A stretch of DNA of 47,082 nucleotides, counting the filler, from Dimargaris cristalligena (Eukaryota): assembly GCA_003614675.1 (NCBI GenBank). It is 2 parts of 2 records of this genome, joined end to end, with 100 filler letters (N's around TTAATTAATTAA, not from the genome) between each part and the next. Parts side by side here need not be neighbours in the genome. Positions count along the whole stretch, not along the records: positions 23,597 to 47,082 come from ML002609.1; 1 more part is not named here. One strand, 5' to 3'. Under the pieces are notes generated by a model. The model saw only the letters and a list, made by a program, of their open reading frames with translations. It had not been told where the DNA came from and ran no database searches. Each line of letters starts with the position of its first letter. Within the stretch, counting starts at the first letter, position 1. The position numbers and the translations under genes are program-made. Positions 23,597-38,186 of the stretch are shown here, one piece after another.

Positions 23597-23794
23597 GGAG
23601 GGGGTCTTGGAAGCAGGTGGGGGAGTTCCTGGCTTGGAGGGGGCTTTGGCGGCCGGGGGCGAAGAGGCAGGGGGTGCATCCGCCTTCAGACCGATACGGA
23701 GGGACTTACAGTCCTTGGAACAGACAGACAGGACCTGCTTGTGGGAGCAGTTCAGGTCCCAGAAGTTGGCGGCACAGAACGGGGAGCACGACAT
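23597..23794 (-). CDS. 5' fragment of a gene: Cys-rich N-terminus plus Pro/Ala/Ser-rich linker, truncated by the contig end
   Basis: GCCATG start preceded by a CT-rich leader on the minus strand. Frame MSCSPFCAANFWDLNCSHKQVLSVCSKDCKSL...APPASSPPAAKAPSKPGTPPP stays open to the gap. Confidence 0.55.
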
Positions 23795-26090
23795 GGCAAG
23801 TTCGAGGGAATGAGCGGGAGGACGGTACGAAGAGTAGTAGTGAGAGTGGGTTACGGGGGCTAGGAAGGTGAGTGGTAATTAATGCCTAGGGAGGGGTGGG
23901 ATATAAAATGAACGACCACTAATACTGATACCAAAATAGAGAGAGAGAGAGAGAGAGTAGGGGTTGGAGGGCGAGAGGCTCAGTGTGAAATAATATACGC
24001 GCCGGACGACCCCACCACCACCTATATTGCTATCATTATTACTATTACTACCACACCTTGGCCGACGATGCCTGTACTACCACCACCTATGTAGCATATA
24101 GTCAAGTGCGGAATGGGTAGGAGGATTGTCCACGACCAGGGACATGTATTGACTATTGTTCTGCAACCCAGGAACACCCCGCGTTCCCGAATGACCAGGG
24201 CTGACTAGAGTGAGTAGGATACTGCTTGAAACTCCGTTTAGTAGTAATGGCCGTATTGGATTCCGCACCACACACTTGTCGATCGGGTCTCTCTGTGTGT
24301 GTGTGTGGGACGCGTTGCCAGGCCCCGTATTCGGCCAATCCCATCGCCTTCCACTTTCCTTCTTCCTCAAGTATGTGGACTGAGCTAGGGGGACGTTGTT
24401 CATCACCATTCTAATACCCGTCACCCTGCGTAAACATTCCCCATAGACCACCTCTCCTCTAGATCCGCGAACTGATCAAGTATCCGTTGGATCACGAGTG
24501 GGTTCGGTACCTCCTTCCCATCGCTGCGCTGGGCATTGTTCAGGGTCCATGTCGACTAATAGATTTAATAAACCGACATGCCGTTTCCTGGAACTCTTCA
24601 GTGGAACTCCAGCAAGATGCCCAACCTCGGCTCGCATTGGCCTATTTGCTATTGATGCTTATGCAAACAAAATGCCACTTGGTCAACACACCGCGGTATG
24701 AGCGGGGGAGTCGTACCAACCCCAGAAAGAATATTGGAGAAAACTAGCGAAATAGTGCCCGCCAAATTTCTTAGTGTGGAAGTGCTCGCCCAAGATGGTA
24801 GATATATTTATATTTATCTGGCATTAATAACAGTCTGGGACATATCCATCCACTAAGGCATTAGATGCGGTTATATTATATTGGATTGGATTGGTGGAAC
24901 GAGATGGTTGAGCAATTCTTAAATATTTGGGTATTTTAATCGGGCTGGTTTCTCAGGTTGACAGCTAGACTAAACCATTATCGAGTTGGCGGCTATAGCA
25001 GTTATACGGCGTATTGTCAATATGCCAAGGTCTAGTCACCAGTTTGCTAATCTTCCATATAGCTGCAGGAGGAGGGGGGCTATTCAGACTGAGATCTTTT
25101 TCCTGAGTTGTGGTTCATCTCAATACGCTATGGCATAATCCATTTTGGCCATTATTTGGATAAGAGGCGTATATAGTTCACTAATAACAACCGGTCAAGT
25201 ACACTATTGACTGCTCTCTATTCTCTCTTACCGATGGTGAAGTATACCCTCACTGCATTGTTGTCCAGCGGTGGGGTTTGTTGAGCTGCGCGCTATATCC
25301 TTCCTTCATAGCGGGACTTTCTTCCAGGTCATCTGGCCTACTACTACAGCCCGGTTGTTAAGGAAGAGGGGCCGGGTACAATGTACATATGGGTGGGTGG
25401 GCCAGTTATTATGTGATTGGAACAGCACGTGTGCGGATTGGTATTTGGCCATTCCGAGCACTGGTGTTGGAGGGAGAAAGGCCGTTAGACTGAGTAAATA
25501 CTTCTCTATTCCTCAGCGAATGGGCTTTTATTCAGCATAGTTGGCCATTGATGGAGGAGGAATAGTATTCGTTCGTAACCCATCCATACACATCACATCC
25601 CGCCACAGGCTGGTCAGCCGATTTTTTCGGTATTCAAAACCTGCGGCGGAGTCGTCGCCGTCTGCCTTGGATGTCACCTCCCGTGACCCGGTGTGATTGG
25701 CCTAGTAGAGGACGCATACATTATTCACTCTCCCTAGCCAAGAAGACCCTTTGTGTGCCGATAGCATATAGTATAGGCCGCATACTAACTATACCATACC
25801 AGTCACGCTTCTCTCGTCAGGGTTTCTAACGTACCGGACTTATTCGGCTCCCTCTTTCTCCCTTTACACTTGCTCCTTATCCCCCATTCCGTCTCCTTGG
25901 TCTCATTCGTACTCATTCAACTTCTCCCCCTTTATTACCACAAATCCCTCTTGTATTGTATTCCAGCGGTGCATACGCCACCCCCTCATCTATTGTCCCA
26001 ACCCTAGCCCGGCTCTCCACTTCATTTCACTCCATTGCCTTGCCCCAGTGTCTCATACTACTTTAACCACCACCCCTCCCTCCACACGCC

Positions 26091-29000
26091 ATGCGCGCCA
26101 AGTGCCTATTGGGACTGGCCTGGGGGGTCGTGGCCAGTACCCTCGTTTGGCCCACCGTGGCCGGCTTGAACTCCTCCCCGCCCGAGTCCAACGAGGTCCT
26201 GTCCGCCGCCCGCCGCCAAATGAAACTGACCCGCTCGCTCTTGTCTCTGGAGCGTGAACAGCGGCTCTTAGCCGCCAGCCCTGCCCCATTCCACGACTCC
26301 GCCTCTACTCATCTGTCCCCTTCCAGTGACCCATGGTCTTCCGCTGTCGAACCCCCGCCGTTTCCCCCCGCCGCCCAATGGGGGGCCCACTATGCACCCG
26401 GGGACCGGCCGGAGGACTGTCCCCCGTGTTTCAACTGTCTCCTCCCGGCCTATAAATGCGGCAATTTCGCTGACTGTAACCAATTCAACGGGCGCTGCGA
26501 CTGTCCCGCGGGGTTCGGCGGCGATAGCTGTGCCGACCCCGTTTGCCAGTCCCTGGCCGAGGGATCCCAGCGTAAAGTGCGCGAGGGCGAATCGTGTGAG
26601 TGTTCCGAGGGCTGGGATGGTATCAACTGTAATGTATGCCAAACCGACCAGTTCTGTAATGCCCTCATGCCGGAGGGTATCAACGGTACCTGCTACAAGG
26701 GCGGCTTGGTCGTGAAGGAGAATTTCCAAATGTGCAATGTAACCAGTAAGTAACTCCTTATGTTTGCTTGGCTCTCGGTAGCAAAGTACCCACGCGTATT
26801 TATTTAGCAAATCCAAATCTAAATTTGTAAAAATAATACTCACAGTGTTAACTAATTTGGCCACGGTCGAACTTTCCCCTTACCTACTAACCCCCATGTC
26901 TATGGTGCGGCCCCTTCCTCTATACGTCACTCTTTTGTATAACCCCCCTCACCCACTTATAGATCGCAAGATTCTTGACATGCTACCCGGCGAGCCACCG
27001 CAAGTAACCTTTTCCTGTAATCGAGACGTAGCCACCTGCTCCTTCCAGTTCTGGATCAAAGAGCTGGAATCCTTCTACTGCAAACTCAGTGAGTGCCATT
27101 TCAGCGAGGACCGCTCCTACGACCGCAACAGCACTTACTATCAGTGCGACAAAGTGAGCTGCGACTGTATGGCCGACCGCAAACTCTGCGGCGAAGCAGG
27201 TAGTATCGACATTACCGACTTCCTCCGCGAAGAAATCGAAGGTCCCGCCACGTTTGAGTGCCACACTAAAGAAGGGTGTCGGTTCGAAGAACCCGCAATG
27301 AACGATCTGATCCTGTCTGTATTCGGTGATTCGTACATTACTTTGGCCTGTGATTCAGGGGAGTGCCTGCATTACACCCAGGTGCCTGGCTTCGAGCGGC
27401 CCCCTAAACCATCCAATATGCTCTTTATTCTAGTGTCGGTGGTATCAGGTTTGGCCCTCCTGATTGCGCTGGGATTCGGTCTGCTGTATTTGGCCAAGGC
27501 CCGCCCCGGTTTGGGATCCGGCTACACGGCACTGCCCCCCGATGAAGCTGATGACGAACGCGATAAATTGATGGCCCAGCACGTGGAGGCTACCCTGTCG
27601 TTCAAAGAAATTGGCTACTCCATCGGAAATGAACATAAACCTATCCTCCATAGTGTCAACGGCCTCGTTCAGCCTGGTCAGATTATGGCCATTATGGGCG
27701 CGTCTGGTAAGTTGAGTCGTATATTTAATGCATTTTTTTCTCCATACCGCTTCCCCATCTTATTTTGGCTCTAAGGGAATTAAGTCGGCCTAGCCATATC
27801 TGAAAATTTATTTTCTTATATATGGCTCTTGTATTACAGTGGAGTTGTCAATGGTCCCTCCCCGCGGTTTTAATTACTTGCTTCTAAATTAACCGAGGTG
27901 GCTTAGCAGGTTGGCTAGTTTCAGCTGTATAGGCCAAATGTCCTAGTCTGAAATTATACGTATCCTCGCTCCCATTTCCTAATTCCACTACACCCCATTT
28001 CTACTACTATTATTACTTTTATGTATCGTTCTTCCCTCCCTCACCTATCTCTTGGCGATTATCCATGTCAACAGGGGCAGGCAAGACCACCTTCTTGGAC
28101 ATTCTGGCCCGTCGTAACAAGTCCGGCACGGTATTCGGCGAGGTGTTGGTGAATGGTCAGTTGGTCGACGATGCCGAATACAAACGGGTTGTGGGCTTCG
28201 TAGACCAGGAGGACACCCTTATGCCCACCTTGACCGTCTACGAAACCATCCTTTATTCGGCCCTCCTACGTTTGCCCCGCGACATGTCCCACGCCGCCAA
28301 ACGTACCCGCGTCTTGGAAACGATGCGGGAACTGGGGATTATGGATATCAAAGACAGTCGCATTGGTAGTAGTACCTCCCGCGGGATTTCCGGGGGCGAG
28401 AAGCGGCGTGTTTCCATCGCGTGTGAATTGGTGACTTCCCCCTCCATCCTCTTCCTAGACGAACCCACGTCCGGATTGGACGCCTACAACGCCTATAATG
28501 TGGTGGAATGTTTGGTCAATTTGGCCCGCTCGTATCAGCGTACGATTGTATTTACCATTCACCAACCCCGGAGTAATATTTACGCCCTGTTTGATCAATT
28601 AGTGCTGTTGGCGGAAGGTCATATGGTGTATTCGGGACCCGCACGGGCTTGCCAGCCGTACTTTGAGTCTTTAGGCCACCCCTGCCCCCCTGGGTTTAAT
28701 ATCGCCGACTTTGTCGTTGATTTAACCAAACACGCTTCCCGCCATAATGGTGGCGAGGGAAGCGGTGTTGCTGGACTATCGCATGCCAATGCTGATAATG
28801 GAAGGTCCCCCGCCGTTGCCAGATCAAAGACACCGACCCAGTCTGACGTGGCGGTACCGCCCCCACCTACCCGGGTCACCCGCCCGAGCGGGACACGTAA
28901 ACGGTCTATCCGTGAAGAACAGGACGATCACTTATACTCGCCCCAGTTGACCTCGCCTACCGGTCGTTCTTTCTCAAATACGCCCCACCAACGTTCCATC

Positions 29001-30248
29001 GCAGATTTGACCCGATCATCCCTGGAGGTGGAAGAGGACGGACTCTCGGATAGTCACCCTGATGCCGGCAGCTCCATCCCTCTGTTGGGCGAATTCCGTG
29101 CCACGATGGGCCACAGTGATACCGACCAGACGAATCTTCGGGGTGGGGAGGCATCGACTCACCTGCTGACCTTGGTGCAGCAGTACCGGGCTAGTGTAGT
29201 CAACGAGGATCTTGTTGATAAAATGGACCGCCTACGCAGTACCGCAACCATGGCTGAGGTATCCCACAGCGATGGCGGATCGCGCAACGACGATACGGAT
29301 AACGGTACCACTGTGGTCGGTAGCAGCAGCGGCGGCGGCGCTGAACAACGCCTTAGCATCGGCCGACTGTCCAGTTCCACCAAATCATTCACTCTGACTG
29401 CACCCCGTCGCCCATCCTGGGCCACCCAATTCACCATCCTCGCCGACCGTACTTTCCGAAACCTCGTCCGGGATCCCCTCCTCCTTATGACCCACTATAT
29501 CATCAGTATCTTCCTCGCGATTCTCTGCGGTATGCTATTCTACCAGGTATCGGACGACATTTCCGGGTTCCAAAACCGTATGGGCGTCTTTTTTTTCCTG
29601 TGTGCTTTGTTCGGATTTAGTTGTATGACGTCGCTGCAAACCTTCGCCACCGAACGGGTGTTATTCATGCGTGAGCGGGCCAACGGATACTACGCGCCCA
29701 TCACGTATTTCGGCGCCAAAGTCATCTTCGACATTTTCCCCCTGCGCGTGATTCCGCCCCTCCTACTCGGTGCCATCGTGTACCCCATGGTGGGCCTCGT
29801 GTCGGGTGCCGACCACTTCGCCAAATTCGTGCTCGTTTTGGTCCTGTTCAATCTCGCCTCGGCCAGTATTTGCCTATGCATTGGTATTATTTGTCGCGAA
29901 CTCAGTGTCGCCAATCTCCTCAGCAGTCTCGTTATGCTCTTTAGCATGCTGTTCGGCGGTCTCTTACTCAACAAGGACTCCATCCCTTACTATATGGGTT
30001 TCCTCAAGGACCTGTCCATTTTCAACTACGCGCTCGAATCGATGATCGTAAACGAGATGAAATATCTGCAGCTGCGCGAAAAGAAGTTTGGGTTGGAAAT
30101 CGACGTCCCCGGGGCCACCATTTTGTCCACATTTGGGTTCAATGCGGCCAATTATTGGCCGGATGTGACGAAATTGGGGGCCATGTTCTTGGTCTTTATT
30201 TTGGTGTCCTTCATTTGTTTACAGGTTTTGGTGAAGGAGAAGCGCTAG
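26091..30248 (+). CDS. ADP1: ADP1-type half-size ABCG transporter with N-terminal EGF-like Cys-rich luminal domain, 1190 aa, 3 exons: 26091-26745, 26963-27706, 28075-30248
   Basis: Signal peptide; [10 protein letters not shown] and EGF-like [12 protein letters not shown] and [12 protein letters not shown]; one TM; Walker A GASG/AGKTT split by intron 2; [12 protein letters not shown] signature; [13 protein letters not shown]-terminal ABC2 membrane domain. Confidence 0.96.
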
Positions 30249-31176
30249 ATTCCATGATTTATTCGTCATTCTATTCTTATTTTTATCTTTACATTCCGTT
30301 TGTTGTAGGCGAGACTTTATAGCCCATCTGTTTTAATTCCTATTTTTAGGGAATTTGCGGACACCCTCCGTTTATTTTATATCCAGTTGTATTTTTCACA
30401 TCATTTCACTTTTATGATTATGTAGGGATGTCCACCGGGCTATACTGAGCTGGACGGTCATTTTTATCATATTCCTCTCGCAGTAGACGACGGAGTCCAT
30501 TAGGACAATATTACCTTTTTGATTTTTCTGGTTTTATTTATATCTGTATTTGCCTAGGGTTTCCTAGGTTCAATTTGACGCTATTTCCGGCTGTGTTTCT
30601 CATGTGTACTATGTGCGTTGATTTAAGACATATCCCATTAGGATTATATATTTTTATTAAATTTTCTATAACATCTTCAATTAGGCGAGTATCTTGGGAT
30701 CTTGGGGGAGTTAGTATTATTAATGGTCATGGAAAAGAAGGGGAAGTAGGAACGGGAACAGGTGATTATTAAGTCCATTTTAAAGCCAACATGATGCATA
30801 CACACACTTGACTACAAGCTGGTTGGGTCAGTGGTTTCGTCACTCTTTTTATAAGGGCGATTGTTTTTTGGGCTGCGGCACCTTCCCCATTCTCTACCTC
30901 TTTCCACCATACATAGTCGCATAACTCAAGTCTAGGTTTCAGTTGGACCTGAATGCCTCAGAGGCCATGTGAAGTTTAGTGGTGGAGAAGGGGGGTCGCA
31001 CAAGTCCTCTAGGCCAAGATCCCCCCCCCTTCCCGCATTCTCTCCCCTTCTTGGTCTAATCAGCCCATTCCGTTTGTTGTTTCCCAATTACTAAGCTTTG
31101 GTTTATATATTATCACCTCAACCTTTCGCCGACCTTATTTTTTTCACCGGTTTTATCCGTTACGTCTATCCCAGCC

Positions 31177-32285
31177 ATGGCTTCGCTAATTTGGAATCGG
31201 GCCTGCCCTGTGGTAAGTGTTGCCGTTGTTACCGTTTAGCCAGAAAACAGCTGGTCATCTCGCTTAGATAGAGCCGGACTGGTTCCCTATCCCCCCCTCA
31301 AAGACCCTCGGCTGACCATGCGTCTATAATCGATCATAATAATTTATCAAATTATATAGATATATATATCCATCTAATACAGGCCTCCCGCTTGGGAGCC
31401 GCCTCTCGGTCACGCGCCTTCTCCCCCGCCATGTTCCACTCCGCCCCAACCAAGTCCGCCGCCCTTCCGCTTCATCGCCTGGCAACCCCTTTCTCTTCGG
31501 GCGGGGCCGGTCAGACCCGTCGGGCCTACTCCACCACCGGGCCTGTTCACGAAGGCCGGGAGAAGGAACGTAGCCACCTGGGACCTTTTAGTCCCACGGC
31601 GGCCTTGGTATTTCTCCTAACCGGCGCGGGTCTCTACGGCTACCTGCGCTACGAAAAGGAGCGCATCAGCCAAACCAAAGCCCAGCTCAAAGCCGACGAA
31701 GTGGCGGGTAAACCCCGCATCGGGGGACCGTTCACCCTCATTGATCAAAACGGCCGTTCGGTCACAAACCAAGACTTCCGCGGTCGGTTCATGCTGGTGT
31801 ACTTTGGCTTCACCCACTGCCCCGACATTTGTCCCGAGGAACTGGATAAAATGGGGGAGGTCCTCGACTTGTTGGATCAAGACGCCACGGTCGTACCCCC
31901 CGCTCAGGCCACGGGTCAGCCGGACGAGGCCCATAACCCCGTTGCGCCCATCTTTGTGACATGCGATCCCCAGCGCGACGGCGTACCGGAAATCCGGGAA
32001 TACGTCAAGGAATTCCATCCGCGGTTGGTCGGATTAACTGGTTCATTCGATGCAATTAATCAGGTCGCCCGCGCCTACCGCGTCTATTTCAGTAAACCCC
32101 CCGCGGCCCAACCCGACGAGGATTACCTGGTCGACCACTCCATTTTCTTTTACCTCATGGATCCCCGCGGTGAATTCGTCGATGCTTACGGGCGGGAACG
32201 TGAGGCGGAGGATGTGTACAAGTCCATTAAAAAACATATGTTGGAAGAGGCTCAAAATGCACCGGCTTCGGCTTCGAAGGCTTAA
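31177..32285 (+). CDS. SCO1: Mitochondrial copper chaperone SCO1/SCO2, 312 aa, 2 exons: 31177-31212, 31383-32285
   Basis: Presequence, single TM, GKPRIGGPFTLIDQNG, YFGFTHCPDICPEEL (CxxxC) and DYLVDHSIFFYLMDP. Confidence 0.96.
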
Positions 32286-32886
32286 AACCGGACCCATTCC
32301 TTGTTGTTTCTCACTCCTCCTCTCCCCACATTCTTTATTTTTGAAGATTAATAGTATCTACCGTTACACCCCATGTTAAAATTGTAGACATCCAAGTTTT
32401 ATGAAAATAGACTATAGATAACCCTGATCTTGAGTTGTGGCTTTCTAGATGTTCTTCTGTGACTAGCAATTATCAGATACTAAAATACTCCAGGGGTTTA
32501 GATGCTGATTTACGATTGCTCTGCGCATATGCGTGTATGTGTTTTGCCCTACGGAACGCCCAAGCAAGCTCTAAACCGTCCAATGTATAAGTAGTATAGT
32601 GTTTAATATGATGAAGTCGACTGTAAATTTTAGAAAGTAGAACGGGCAGGGATAGCAGAGAGTATAAATTGAACATACAGAAAACCAGACTATTCCCCCT
32701 GCAGTACAAAGTTAATGTGGTGAAGAAAGGAAGGCAACGCAAAGGAATTGTAAGAGTGAACCCGATCAGGTATAGAAGGAACTATGGGGTGGGGGGCAAG
32801 ATATAGGTAGGGTTGGATTTTCCCCACCTTCCGGATCAGCTCTTCTATGCATATGGGGGGCCAGGTCCGAGAATCCGAGTGTTTTT

Positions 32887-33981
32887 TTATACAACGCGCT
32901 TGACCTCGAAGAAGGATTTGAGGTACCAAATCTGCCAGGCGCAAGCGGCTCCAACCAGGAAGATCTGGACCGCGGCCCACCATTTGACACGGGAATTGGT
33001 GCTTTCGGCGGCTATTGTAATTGAAAAGGGGAGATGCAAAGATATATATATATATATAGATGATAATACCGGTTAGAGGTCGCCGTAATTTTCGGGGGAA
33101 ACCAAATCGTTTGATAGGATTTAACCAATCATCTAGCCCGGGGTGCTCTATACAACTATCCGTAAGAGGAAATCAAGAAGGAGGTATATAGTTGCTCAAT
33201 TTATATACAAAGCGCGGTATGAAGGGGACAGGCAGAGGTACTTACTATCGCGGTGCTCCTCCTCGCGCACGATCATATAATCATGATGGTCCAGAATACG
33301 TTCAATCGACTGAGCAAGCTGGATGACTTCCTTCTCGAGCGGACTGGCCTTCTCCTCAATGGGCATAAGTTCATCGTGATCCACTCCATGGGCGTGGAAG
33401 TTGATGGTCTTGTCGGTAGGCGAGCTGGTGGGGTTCATGAAGCAGTAGGTGTATTTGCCGGAGGCCAGGTGTTCCGGGAAGTCAAAGTTGGCACTGTTCT
33501 GCTGGAGAATATTCTTGATGGAGAGGCCATCAGGGCCCGTCACCTGTACGTAGCAAAGGAAGGGGTGGCCGGGGGGAGCATATATATATATATATATAGA
33601 AAGTGGTTAGAGATAGATACAGACGACTGAGGTGGCTTACAATAAGGCGGTAAGGACTTCTACGAAGACCAGCTCCATTCTCGGTGACAGCGGGTGACGA
33701 TGGGGGAGTTTATCGAAGTACACCCCGTGGAATCCGTTGGCTGTCTTTGGTCCAAGTTAAAAGTAGGAATCCAGATCCCGCTCAAGGAGCCACTGGGGTT
33801 AGGCACCTACCATAAAGTCAACGAGATCGTTACCGCCGACTTCGTACGAGATGGTGTAGAAGGAGTCCTTCTTTATTTCCTCATGGTAGCAGTCGTGCTG
33901 GTAAGTCTTCAGTGTGATGGTGTATCCGGCAACGTAAGTCACGGCACAGCATACAGCCAGTAAAAGCGTGAGGGCGCGCAT
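32887..33981 (-). CDS. EMP24: p24/EMP24/TMED family cargo receptor (p24-beta-like), 197 aa, 3 exons: 33981-33811, 33543-33246, 33011-32887
   Basis: Signal peptide; GOLD domain (DCYHE...GKYTYCFMN); coiled coil YMIVREEEHRDTAESTNSRVKWW; TM; C-terminal YLKSFFEVKRVV. Confidence 0.93.
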
Positions 33982-36900
33982 GGTGCTGGGGTGGAGGTGT
34001 ATGTGTGTACGGGTGCTGTTGTTGTAAAAGGAGACGAGCTGTCGAACTACAAACAGGGAAGAAGGTAAGAGATGGTGTAGACGAAGGGGATGAACCGCAA
34101 AGACGAGGATGATGAAGCTGGCTTGGAACGAAAAGGTCAATCAGGCAGGCAGATGGTGCGCATGGGAGATTTAACCAGACCTATCGAATTGGTCAGGAGG
34201 GCCGGAATAACTCCGATGCCAGTTGGGAAAAGGTGGGGAGATTCTGGCCAGTAGAATTAGCCAGCCGTAAGCAAATGGCGGAGGGCAGTAGGATTTTTAC
34301 CATCGCGTTTCCTAGCCATGTCGCTGGTCTTCAGGGGAATAATAGATACGCATGCACTATACACTGGGTGGGAGGGGAGGGATTGATATTTATTACCCTC
34401 GGCTGAATTCATACGCAGTTCACTTATATCGCCATCTTATTATCTGGGATTTCCCTAAGGTACGGGTTACTAGGATCTTCCAAATGTTATATAAAACGTA
34501 TAGCCCCCCTCCGACTGCTATAGGCCGGGCTTAGCCTGTGATACAATAACCTGACTTTGATCCAACGGGCCTTATACTTTAAAAAGCGACATGCTTCTAC
34601 CTTTTGTAACGCTTCCAATGTAACTTCATTGGTTTACAGATGGAAGGCCTATCCCCCCACCTGCTTAAAAAACATTCATCATCTTTGGCAATGTACCCCA
34701 AAATAAAAATAAAAACCTTGGTCGAGTCAATCAAACTCAATCATGGGGAAGTAAGTTAAACGCGAAGGAAATGCACCAATATTACTGGAATAAAGCCGTT
34801 CCATTGATACCAGGCACCACCGCTGAGGTTGAAGGAAATCCTCTTCATGGGCCAGTTGGGGGTAGTTGACTGAAGCGTGTCTCCGAAGTTGGTAGCTGCT
34901 CAGCCCGCACGAGTAGATGTGCCGAGGCCCCGAAGTAAGGGATACGTATTATTCATGTATCACACAAGCAACATTCTTTGTCTATTACTTTACTGGGAGT
35001 AAATATAGTCGAAGAGTGTCCCAAGAAGTACCGCCAAGAAACGCCGAAAATAGTGCGGGTAGGACGGATGAATTCGGCGAATTAGGAGGCGGGTTCCTTG
35101 CCCACCCGTGGTATACCTTTCACTACCTTTTCCTCGTTTTCGACGTTTATTTACTGATGACATCAGTACACCGAGGAGTAGTATTCGGGACAGAGATGGG
35201 GGGGGCAGTGTGGATAAGTCATTTAACTGGGGGGTGTATCAGCTCGATACAACTAGTGATTAAGCCCGATGGTAATCGGGGGATATCTTAATCGATCGAT
35301 TTTTGGCTGACTAAAGGAGGACTATAGAGCACATGCGCAAGTCAATTTATAAATTAAACTATCGCACCACTACAGTCAATGGAGGTAATCTGTATGTCCC
35401 CCCCTTTTTTTTGCACTGTGGGGGCCACCCACTTTTGGGGGGCAATGTCACCGGTGGAACGAACAGTGGAGAAGAGGGGACTTCAGTCCAAAAGTTGGAC
35501 AGATAAGGGCTATTGGTACTGTGCTGCTCGGAATAAATAGGATACTCCTGCAATCAAATGTATCCCGCCCGTCAATTTCTAGGCAGGTAGCCTTTTTGGG
35601 GGGATTTAAGATTAGGTGGAGAATATATATATTGCTTAAGCGATCGTTCCATTTATAATAGCCGGAAATTGGTCCGAAGGAAGAGGATGTCTACCACTCA
35701 ATGTCAACCGCACGTACCCCTAAGAATGTCAAATCTATCCACCGCTTATTACCGTCCTGCGCCCGTTAAACTTAATCGCGCCCTGTTGGCCCGGTGCTCA
35801 ACAATTCCGATGTGAGGGGGGGGGGTTGTATAAAATAACAAGTAAATCACTCGTGAATTACCCCCTCCCTCCCTCTCCTCCCTTGCATAGTTTGGTATTA
35901 CTGTCCCATTCCCCTTTACTTTCCTGCTCCTGTTGTTTCAATTTACCGATGCAGGATCTCCACCAAGGGACTAACATGTCAATTTTTTTATAGCGATTTT
36001 CATTATCAATCGTCTCACACCAATTCAGGTAAAGAACAAAAGAACACGAATCTATTTTTAGAGTTGGCACAGTGTCAGCAGATGGACCTGGTTAAAGAGA
36101 CGGCATCTGCGGTATTGCTGATCTTATAAATGGAGATGGGGGAGGAAATAAAATGGTGTGGCATGGGTGCAGGTGCCAACCGAGGGATATAGCAGGGCAT
36201 CGCCCGGAAATGCAGCTTTGCTATGCAGGTACAGGGGCGGTATGCAAAGAATGAAAACGGCCTAAAACCCCGCATATATAATATTTATATGAAATGATTG
36301 CAGTAATGAAGGTGGAACAATAGGCGGTCATGGTGATGATATTAGTGATGTCTGTGGTTGCGGGGCCTTGGCGATTGGGCGCCTTAATTGAGGGAGTCGT
36401 GGTCGCACACGATAGAAGGGCGACGAATAGGCCAGTAGAATTAAGCTTGGATAACGGGGGAGAAGAGAAGAGAAATGAGGATGTGTAGCAGAGTATAGTA
36501 TAGTATCGTATAATTAGACGAGCGATAGTAGGTTGTACACAATGGTCCGTGGGCGGTATTGTTTTAAATGGGTAAGCGGGTGGAGGGACATAATAGGCAG
36601 GGAGGGATCTAGTCTTAAATGGGCCGGAGAAGCCATAGCTGGCCAGCGACTGTATCTGTTATACACTCACTAAATCGACCCACACAATTGGCAAGCGGAT
36701 ATATAAATCTGGCACCATGAGTCGTCCCTTTTCCCTCTTTTTGGCCTAATCCATTTATTTCGCTATTTGTCGATTAATTATATTGCACATTCCTTATTGA
36801 CGACCAGCTAGCTGGTTGAATACCCCGCCCTTGTAGTTGAAGCTAGGTCCAATGACTAGCCCGCTTTACCAGTCGATAAACTCGAATCCTTTTCTTTCAC

Positions 36901-38186
36901 GGCCTCTTTGATAGCACAGCCTCACCTATCACACCACTTCTCCATGGCCTTGCTCGACTCGACTCGACTCGTCTCGTTCTGTTTTTATTTATATATAATA
37001 TGTTTATTCAGAGTCGACTGCACACCGCAACCCGCCCCTTCTCCCTCCACCCCCCTTTTCCATTGCCCTGCTATCGCCAAGCGTAGGCGAAGCGGGACTT
37101 GGTTAATCCAAGAATCAACCAGTCCCTTCGTAGACGAGCGGCCGTTTTTCCCGTCGGCACCGTCCCACAACTAGGTTTTCCCCTCTCTCTGCTTCCAATT
37201 GCTTCCCCACGTGAATGCAATTAACAGTACCGGAGTTTTGCGAGATACAGGTACAGAGTTTGGGACATATAAATATCCAAGGGCTCCCAGGCCCCGGCTC
37301 TATAACCCTAGGCCGCCTTCATGGTACTGTATTTCACCTATTGTTCCTTGGTCCGGTTATCCTCGCTTTGCCCTTCTATATGATGCCATAATAATAGTAT
37401 ATATATATGCTCACGTATCCACCCTTCTATCTACCCAGTAATCTTTCGGTTCGATTTCCCTCGGCGCGGGCTTTATTATTAATTCACTTGTTCGCGCTTT
37501 GGCTTGGCCATCTACGGGATATCCACCCTTTCCCTCGTTCTCTTTTTCCTTCCCCTGTTTCTCGTACATGAGGTGTAGGGCTTCCTTTATACCTTCTGCG
37601 AACACCTACTCCCCTGTATTAATTGGTCACACCCGCCCTTTTCATCCCCCCCTGTTTATATTAATAGAACACTACCTATCCATTCCTTTTGGGCAAGGTC
37701 GACATCGTCAGCGCGTGTCTCCTATACTTCTCCTTCTCCCATACCCAATCCCCCTCTTTCCGGCCAGGGTCACGTCACCGCGGACCACCTCGATTTCGGT
37801 GAGGTTTTTTTCTCAGCCGCTATTGCCCGCTGAGTGAATGCGTGCGTGTCAGGTCAATTCCGCATTTACGCACCCCGCAGTACTGCGATTATTATACGGG
37901 AGTGTTAACCTCGGCTATTTCCATCCAGCTTGGATTATTTGTATGCACTTTCACCTCTTTCTCTACTCTCTTGCTTTCTCTCTATTTCTCTCTACTATAA
38001 CCCTTTCGCTCTCCTTACTTTTATTCAGGGTCTAGCTCTACTATCTACATATTTCCCTAACCATCGCCTCTTGCACTCCGTGCGGTCGACTTTTAGCCCT
38101 TCGGTTAATCGACCCTTCCCTGCTCCTACATACGTACCCCTCCCGTTACTGCTTTACGCTATCCGTTGTTGGGAGACATCGTCATT

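Noticed and set aside
24498-24701. Short ORF containing RFLELFSG, resembling cytosine methyltransferase motif I
   Set aside because: It lacks the following xGG and all other motifs, has no splice partners and is only 67 aa.
34246-36443. Exact 14-bp direct repeat GGCCAGTAGAATTA at 34246 and 36430
   Set aside because: A few 14-mer matches are expected by chance in 47 kb, and there is no element structure between the copies.
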